A DNA stretch of 57,702 bases, filler included, from Hydrolagus affinis (Eukaryota): the NCBI GenBank assembly GCA_012026655.1. It is 4 parts of 4 records of this genome, joined end to end, with 100 filler letters (N's around TTAATTAATTAA, not from the genome) between each part and the next. Parts side by side here need not be neighbours in the genome. Positions count along the whole stretch, not along the records: positions 44,009 to 57,702 come from JAAILG010020185.1; 3 more parts are not named here. One strand, written 5' to 3'. The position numbers and the translations under genes were made by a program. A model generated the notes under the pieces. It was given only the letters and a program-made list of their open reading frames with translations, ran no database searches and was not told the origin of the DNA. How positions within the stretch are numbered: the stretch's first letter is position 1; the number at the start of each line of letters is the position of its first letter. Positions 50,001-57,702 of the stretch are shown piece after piece.

Positions 50001-50793
50001 CGGGATTCAAGAGAGAGCTCTGGTGTGGTGCAGCGAGCACCAGAACAAGTCTGAAGAGAGAAATTCACATAGAGGGGTTAAGGGTGGAGTGAGAAAGAGA
50101 GAAAGTAGAGAGAGGTAGTTAGAGAGAGCTTGGCAATCATGTCAGAATAGATAGTTGTTGTTTTGGACACTATGAAGGTGGTGAACGGGGATAGAAACAT
50201 ATATGGAGACAAGATGGGAATTGGGTTAGAATAGTCGGCTATATTTTGCGAAAGTGAGCACCAGCAAAAATACATTTCCTTGGTGGTGCGGGGTGGCTGG
50301 GTTGGTGAGTTAGACAGCAGGGAAAGGGTGTGAGAATGCAGATCTTTTATTCACTGTATCAACCAGCTAATTCATTTTTTATCACACTACGCTTCTCGGT
50401 TGCGTCGTTTTTTAGGCCAGATTTTAAAGATCTTCGAAACAAATAATAGAGAAATCACTTAGAACATTGAGCCGATCAGACAACATCAATGGAGAAAGGA
50501 AATTGAGTTAACGGCTCGGGTTCATGACCCTTCATCAGAATGTTAAAGATATTCAATTGTGCAGATAACAAAATTGAAATAAAATTGTCTCTGAGTCTCA
50601 CTTTCCGGGACAAACGTTAAAAGCGTTCGGTCCCATCATGGCTGTTTGCAGATAAATTGCTTTGAGCAAACTTCAGCGAAATGTGTGCCACACTAAACAC
50701 ATGATAAATACGCTTCACAGGAAATGGAAACTTCCTCCTAAAGTGAAAGACGCTGGTCAAATGTAAGGTTAGTGTTGATTGATATTTGATTAC

Positions 50794-53700
50794 CTGAGAG
50801 ACTGGAGGTTTTTACAGCCGATGACCAGGTTTCTCACAATTGGGATTGACTTGTCTGTGAACGAGTTACCGCTCAAATTAAGGTGAGTCAATGCATATTT
50901 GTTATACAGAGCTGGTAGCAGATGGAGACAACTTGTGTCCGTGAGATTGTTGCCCACCAAGCTGTAGAGAGAATCAGATATAGCACCAAAGAGGATGAAT
51001 TTCATTCGCACATTTTGCTGCCCACGTCGTGATTTGAAACAGTGAGCTGCAAATGCAGGTGATCCCATATTGAGTTCAGAGATGCCACAGATACTAGTCG
51101 AGCAAATCACTGAGAGGGACTATGCCTCAGAGATTTTCCTCCATTATCACACTCCGCTACAAGGAATCAGCAAATCTCGCGTGAAACCTCTCCCACATCC
51201 GCCCCTCAAATTCACTTGCATCATGTGATGCAATTTACAATCTTGTTTCCTCACAAACTCTGACAGCACCTCAGCTCCTGAATCTCCCAGATTGGCATTG
51301 TCCATCCTAAGCAAAACACGAGCAACCATATGATGTATAATAATAAACATGACCTGATGTTTCATTCTGATTTGTTCAAGTGAGGAAGATATTCAGAGGC
51401 GCTGGACAGTTCAAGATATGCGAACGAGCTGGGCAATGCATTCAATGAATGAAGGCCAAGGGCAACGGCGTTATATTCCATTCAACGAATATCGAGTATT
51501 TTTCGAGAGAAACGCAAGAGCATGTTTACACGCGGCAATGAGGAATAAAAGTTGAGCGAGCAAATAGTTCCAATTGGGGGATTGTCAGGCAGGACACAAG
51601 GAGAGAGAAGCACTCATCTTTTCTCTGAATACCGCAGAGGAATATATTAACTTTTCTGCCGATAATGTAGAAAGAATCCCGGAATTTGAAGTGGAAAACG
51701 AAAGCGAATTTCCGGAAATGTGAGCCGTGGATGAGCTTCCGGACGCTGGTTTCTTACCGATGCCTGGAGCCCCGCTCATCATGAATACCAGAGGAACCGT
51801 CTTGGAATGGATGCACCTTTTGAATAAACAGTGCAGCCTCAACCTCTCTTAGCGCACACCTAGGCCTTTGCCCATCGCCTCGTCGTGTTTACGCCTAGTG
51901 CAGCGAAGCTCGTTCTCTTTATCCGACCACTTGCGGAATTAACACCATGCAAAGTTCAAAACAGCACGTCATTTCGACGAGTTAATGAACTGAGGGCCAC
52001 ATCTGCCTATTTTGCTAGTTGCTAATTTGATGATTTTTGATCTAATCATTTCTCTCATTGTGTCCTGGCCCATACAATCCCTCATTAATAATGGACACTC
52101 AATGCCCTGCTGATTATCGCACATTGCTGTCTCACGTGCATCAACGTTTCTCCCACAACTTGCACTGTTTTTCCATATATTCAATGAAATGTTTGGGGAT
52201 GTGTCTGCGACGCAATGAAGGCACTTGTGCAAATACAAAGTTTATTTTCAGCATTAAATTAAAAGAATATCTTATCCTTACCTTTCATCTGGGCAGTAAT
52301 TTCTGGCTCCCGACCATTCAAAAGTATTATCTATAATATCTTGCGGACTTTGTGATAGAAGTTTGAAACAAAAATTGGTTTAGCAGAAAGGAATATAAAC
52401 CCAATGATAACTCGGATTCATATAGGGTGGCTAGTGTGTCTCAGAATTTTCGGAAGACTACCGCTTACACTGAATGGAGAGCTCGAAGAGCTTAACCGAA
52501 ATCTCTTCATCTCAGTCCATCGCTTACACACACTCCCGCTCTCTTTCTCAGTTGTGCCCTCTCACAGGAGATGGACAACCATCTCCTCAGAGGAGATGGA
52601 CAACCTCGCGACTCAGAGACCGAACTGCAAGAGGGAAAGGGGATTCAGGGTAGACATGCAGCTGAATGACTTCGAACGTCACATGGAATTCAGTCAGTCC
52701 TCTGTGCCAGTCTCTCATTCATTTTAGATCCAGGAGGATTTGCAGTCCTAAATGACACCACAGTTCAGCCGAACTGGAAGGGCAGAGCAGTTGCTAGAGG
52801 CTTGGAATACTCCCACTTAGGTACGGTCAACCCTGCATGTCACAGCCCGAATGGGCATTCTAGCCCTAGCTCGCAAAGCTGTGGAAATCTTGCCAGGTAG
52901 TGCTCTAAATGGTAAGCTATGTTTGAGCTGGATAGATCCAGCGTTTACTGAACGTCCATGTATGGGAACTCAAGCCACGGCTGTTCCTGGACTGTCTCCA
53001 TGGAGAATTGTACATTTGAATAAACATCTCGGACATTTGCACGTGAGTGTTTTTTTTGTGGATCTCTGAGTGTTCTGCTTTGCAACTTCAGCAAGGCGGA
53101 GAGAATAACGAAAGATCTGCTTATTATCAACAATACATTCTTTTCGATGTCTTCGAATATGATTGTCAGAATTCTACTTTCATCCTTAACCGCGTGCAGA
53201 CACTTCCACAGTTTCAGCTGTACATTGCTACCCTGTGCCACAACGTTCTCCAGCACAGTTTCCGCCCGATGGTATGTACTGTTGCTCTTTGCAAGCTTCT
53301 TGAGTTTCTGTACATATAGGTGGAAATGATAATGTTAAGAATAATCTTTGATTTAATTTAGCGCCTCATCACGTCTTCTAGGAGTCTCAAAACGCTTCCC
53401 ATTATATACAGTAAAGCGAATTGATGGTAACATTTGTGGATGAAATCCACCTGCCAATTGTGCATATCAGTGTCCCGCAAAAAGTTGCTTTTTCAAATTT
53501 CATATGGATTAATATCTGTTGTGCCGAGTAAGGAAGCTTGCCCAATGTTTTCCACACTGGGAATAGAACCTAAGATATTTTGTTTGCAAAGTGTTTGCTC
53601 GAACCACTGAGCTACAGGAATTATTATGATAATAATCAATAAATTCCATTGATATGGAGCCTTTCAAGTAAGAAGGAAGAGTTATGGTGCTCGATAGTTA

Positions 53701-54613
53701 ATCATATTTCAAATGCCATTGATTTTGGTTTTCATTTAAGTATAATATTCTTTATATTTGGTGCAGCGACGTCTGTAGCAAGTGGATTTCATAGATTTCC
53801 ATAGGATTCTCTATCAACTGCAGCGTCTGTTTCATGCAGCTGGCTGAGGTTTCAAACAATGATATCATCCCCAAAGCCACAAAACTGTTACGTAAACGTA
53901 CAGAGAGAAAAACAATTTTCCTTAGAGCCTGTATGGCGTCTGTGTCTGCACTGAACAGGGCATGGCAATGAATGCTGAAATCTTTTAAGGCACATCTCAC
54001 AAAGACAGAATTGCACTAATAGAGCGCCTTTCACCTCGGAGGAACATCCCAGAGCTGATATCACGCTCTTCTCCCACAGCGCTGTACTGAATCGACAGTA
54101 TCAACTGGATGGATTCCCTTTCTACAACTAGGGGCCTTAAATCGTCAATCTTCTGAATGAGGCAACGAAGTGAACTATTGGCCAGGCTGACAGATATTGA
54201 ATGGGTACAGACAGGCACATAGCAACTGAGTCAGTTGACACTAGGCTTCTGAGACGGAAAGACATTTCATGAGTTTACCGGATTGCCACCTGGTGTCTGA
54301 ACAAATTAGACACATAGTGACTGAGCCAGATCGATTCTCAGTGACTGAGGCAGACTGATATACACGGTGTCGGAGACAGGATGATAAACAATGTGGTTTA
54401 TTCGTGTGTAAACCAGCAATTGTTTAGTCCAAGTGAAACAACGACCAACCTGGGATTGTATCTCCCCGAATACTCCTGTGGACTTCAGCTGGTCACTGAT
54501 GCTTTTAGTCTTGTTTTCGATCGCTAGTATCAGATCAGGGAGGTAATACTCGGTTATTGCAATAACTCTTTCTCGTCAAACACAGTCAGCGTTTCCATTA
54601 TTTGAACCGTACT
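50794..54613 (-). pseudogene. CARD-NACHT-LRR (NLRC3-like) NLR pseudogene
   Basis: Death-fold/CARD-like exons at 54450-54613 (frameshifted) and ~53137-53307. NACHT exon remnant ~52150-51400 with SGAPGIGK-(frameshift)-TSVRKLI..RKFAFVFHFKFRD. LRR exons at ~51220-51306 (MDNANLGDSGAEVLSEFVRKQDCKL) and 50794-50961 (168 nt, LVGNNLTD...LNLSGNSFTD). Confidence 0.88.
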
Positions 54614-55784
54614 CTGTGAAAATATTACTACTTGCTTTAAACTTTCAGCCTGGCTTAATCGGTTGCACACTTAACTCCGAGAAAGACCTCTCCTTTCTCC
54701 TGCAAATTGATTGCAAGCTATTGTTCCTCCTAGTGGTCTCTAATAGGGATCTAGGCAGATTAGTTCATAATAGCAAGAACCAGGGACCGTGCAAAACGCC
54801 GCGAAATTGCACTGAAAACTTATTTTTTCATCAAGGTGCTGGCACAGACTGGCAGGGGATTCTACTGCTTGGAGGGAGTCAGGCAGAGGGGCTCTGGATT
54901 GAGTTTCAGAGAGGAGGGGCTGGTAGTCTCAAAATCCCAACCGCTGGTGTTGGTTAGGCCCGGAGAATATGTGGAGTTGAATTGTGCTAACTGAATTGAT
55001 GATGATTCAGAATCAGAAACGTGTGGATGAATTTAAATTTGAGCTCAGGGATCTATCACTCGAGTTACATCTACTGCAGATTTTTATTATAATACCATTA
55101 GATATACTAATAATAATGCATGCATTTTAACATAGCGGTTTTCGTATCTTCTAGACGTCTCAAAGCGCTTCATTGAATATTAATTAACTTGTTTTTATTT
55201 GGGGGATTATTACTAGGCATGTGAAGTAAAGAAATTATCCCACAGTTTCGCCCTGCGAACTCGAACCCAGGTTTCTCGCTTGTAATTCGTGTGATCTAAC
55301 TGCTGAGCTACAGGACACCACTATGGAAGGAGATTTCAGGGTAAAGGCACAAGGTGAATTGATGCAGTGTACGAGGGGATTAGGTGTAATGATGCTGGAG
55401 ATTGGGGTCAAGATGGTGGGAGATTGCGAGTTTGGGATTGAGGCAGAGGGATTCAGAGAAGGTGGGTGAAGGAAAGTTGTTTAATGGTGTGTGAAGTGGG
55501 CCAGTGACCGCTGAGTGGAGGTAACGGCTGCGTCAGCAGGGTTGAAGAACCTTAAGTAAATATACTGGGGAGCATGAATGTAGGTCGTTTAAAGGAGACC
55601 ACGAGTAGGTATTAGTCATTTCACTGCGGAAAGTGTATCCACTCAAGAATGGACATTTTGTTGCCATGAAATGAACACATTACATCACTCTGTATGTGAC
55701 AAGCAGAAAGACATAAGAACATAGCAATTAGGAGCAGGCGTAGGCCACTAGGTCCCTCGAACTGCCCCGCTTAATGAGATCATA

Positions 55785-57240
55785 GAATCATAGAATCTTA
55801 TAGCACAGAAGAAGGCCATTCGGCCTATCCAGTCTGTGCCCACTCTTTGAAAAGAGCTACTCAATTCCACTGCTCCGCTCTCTCCCCATAATCTAACAGA
55901 CCTGTTCTCCCTTAATAAAAATCTAATTATCTCTTTAAAGCTGTTGTCAAATCAACATCCACCACATTTCAAGGCAATGCATTACAGATTCAAACATCAA
56001 GCACAACAACAACAATTTCGATTTATATAGCGCCCGCCACGCCGGATGGCGTCTCAGAGCGCTTCGACACGCTCATTGAAAAAATTATCCTGAGCTCACC
56101 TGTACTTGGTTTTGAAACTATTTTAAATCTGTGACCACGAGTCACAGATACGCCCACCAGTGGAAACAGATTACCCTTATTCACCTGTCGAACACCCCAT
56201 GATTTTATGAATCAGGTGTCCTCTCAATCTTCTAGAGAGAGTAAGCCTAGCGTATCTAGCATTTCCTCATAACGGGAGTCCCTAAATCATTGTACCATTC
56301 TAGAAAACCTCTTTAAACCCTTTCAAATGCCTTAGCATCATTCCTATAATGTTTTGACTGGAATTAATCATAGTGCTCCAGTTGAGGCCTAACCAAAGTT
56401 TTATAGAGGTTAGTAGGCATTTCCTGACTTTTGTACTCGTTAACACTATTTATGAAGCCTAGCATCCCATATGCCTTCTTTAAAGCGTTGTCTATCTGAT
56501 CTGCCACCTTCATAGAGTCACTAACACTAATTACCAGGTTTCTCTGTTCCTTCACAACCCTTAAAAGTGTACTATCTGGCCAATATTGCCTCCACTCATT
56601 CCTTTTCCCAAATCTATCACCTCATACTTCTCTGCATTAAAATTCATCTGCCATGTGTCTCACCACTTTACCATTTTATCTATATCTTCCTGCAGATGGT
56701 TACTATCCTCCTCATTATTTCATATTTTCCCTAATTTAGTATCATCTGCAAACTTGGAAACTGTACTGCCTACACACAACTCCAGATCATTCCTATAGAT
56801 TAAAAAGATCAGTGGTCCCAAAACCGATCACTGGGGGACGCTACTGCACATTTCCCTCCATTCTGAAAAACAGCCGCTCACCACAACTCTCTGCTTTCTG
56901 TCTCGCAGACAGTTGTGGATCCATGCTGCCACTGTCACTTTTACGCCATGGGCCTCTACTTTCCTGTTAATCATCTCATGCGGCACTTTGTCAAATGCCT
57001 TTTGAAAATCCATGTAAACTATATCAACAGCGCTACTCACGTCCACCCATTCCGTTTCCTCCCTGAAAAATGATATCACATTTGTAAGGCAAGATTTGCC
57101 TTTAACAAATCGACGCTGGCTGAGCTTTATTAGCCTATATCTTTCTAAGTGAAGATCTATAATTTCCCTGATTATAGACTCCAGAAATATGCCCACTACC
57201 AACTTTAGACTGACCTGCCTGTAACTCGCAGGTTTGTAAC
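55785..57240 (-). mobile_element. CR1-type LINE, RT region, decayed
   Basis: FVKGKSCLTN and YMDFQKAFDKVPH motifs; tail rc of (ttctatga)n near 55785. Confidence 0.92.
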
Positions 57241-57702
57241 TCTGCCTCTTTTATACAGGGTAGTAGCATTAGCAACCTTCCATCCTCCGGCACCACCCCT
57301 GTGTCCAAGAACAATTAAGAGATTGTGGCCAGTGTGTCTGCTATTCGCTTATGTTTGACCTTCAAACGGAATTCAATTAATCTGCCCTCCCCTTAAGCTT
57401 TAAGTCCTCTATATTTTTAATCCTGCTCAAGTCCTGGGTAAAATGTTTGGACACTCACACTGCCTTCCTTACAGTCTGCACAGTCGAGAATAGAATAACA
57501 GATGGACTTTGGACATTAATAAGGCTGTTTCTGTGAATGGTTAACCTGAAAACTCGTTTATTAATCAAATCCTGTCAAGTCTTGATTAGACCAACTTTGT
57601 GCTCGTAAGACTCCCAAACAAGTGTGGAAATAAAATAGAGAATTCCACGTATTCTACCCACTCATAGAAATTTGAAACGATCATTTAAATGGAATACGTG
57701 CT

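Noticed and set aside
53047-53319. Plus-strand ORF (QQYILFDVFEYDC...TLCHNVL) superficially like an MHC peptide-binding-domain exon
   Set aside because: It is the antisense of the minus-strand CARD exon of the NLR pseudogene, and its apparent splice phase (0-0) does not fit MHC exons (1-1).
7090-55320. Numerous tRNA-like stretches (e.g. near 7210, 17950, 22030, 22680, 35530, 46740, 49200, 55290)
   Set aside because: They are SINE heads, followed by the SINE body and lacking a complete cloverleaf.
55330-55370. FQGKGTR, a J-segment-like motif
   Set aside because: No upstream RSS, an immediate stop codon, no proper donor, and it lies at the edge of LINE-like sequence.

Overview
Eukaryotic, repeat-rich DNA, most likely from a cartilaginous fish and plausibly a chimaera such as Callorhinchus milii. 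This is inferred from shark-type immune exons plus tRNA/Deu-type SINEs and L2/CR1 LINEs. The window is four contigs joined by artificial 100-nt linkers (N44-TTAATTAATTAA-N44), so order across gaps is not proven. Contig 1 (1-13112): alpha2 and TM/cytoplasmic exons of an MHC class II alpha gene (minus strand). The alpha2 exon sits between the two ends of a second, paralogous alpha2 exon. Also a hAT transposase fossil and a G-rich, AGCT-dense tandem repeat. Contigs 2-3 (13213-43908): a duplicated and once-inverted cassette carrying two-exon class A (GPR139-like) GPCR genes and GPCR pseudogenes, two solitary intact IgH CH1 (IgM-type) exons, and two tRNA genes. Contig 4 (44009-57702): a TCR alpha/delta-type V pseudogene with a perfect 23-RSS, a possible second decayed V, and a CARD-NACHT-LRR NLR pseudogene. 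All identifications come from reading and hand translation; no database searches were run, and repeat boundaries are approximate.
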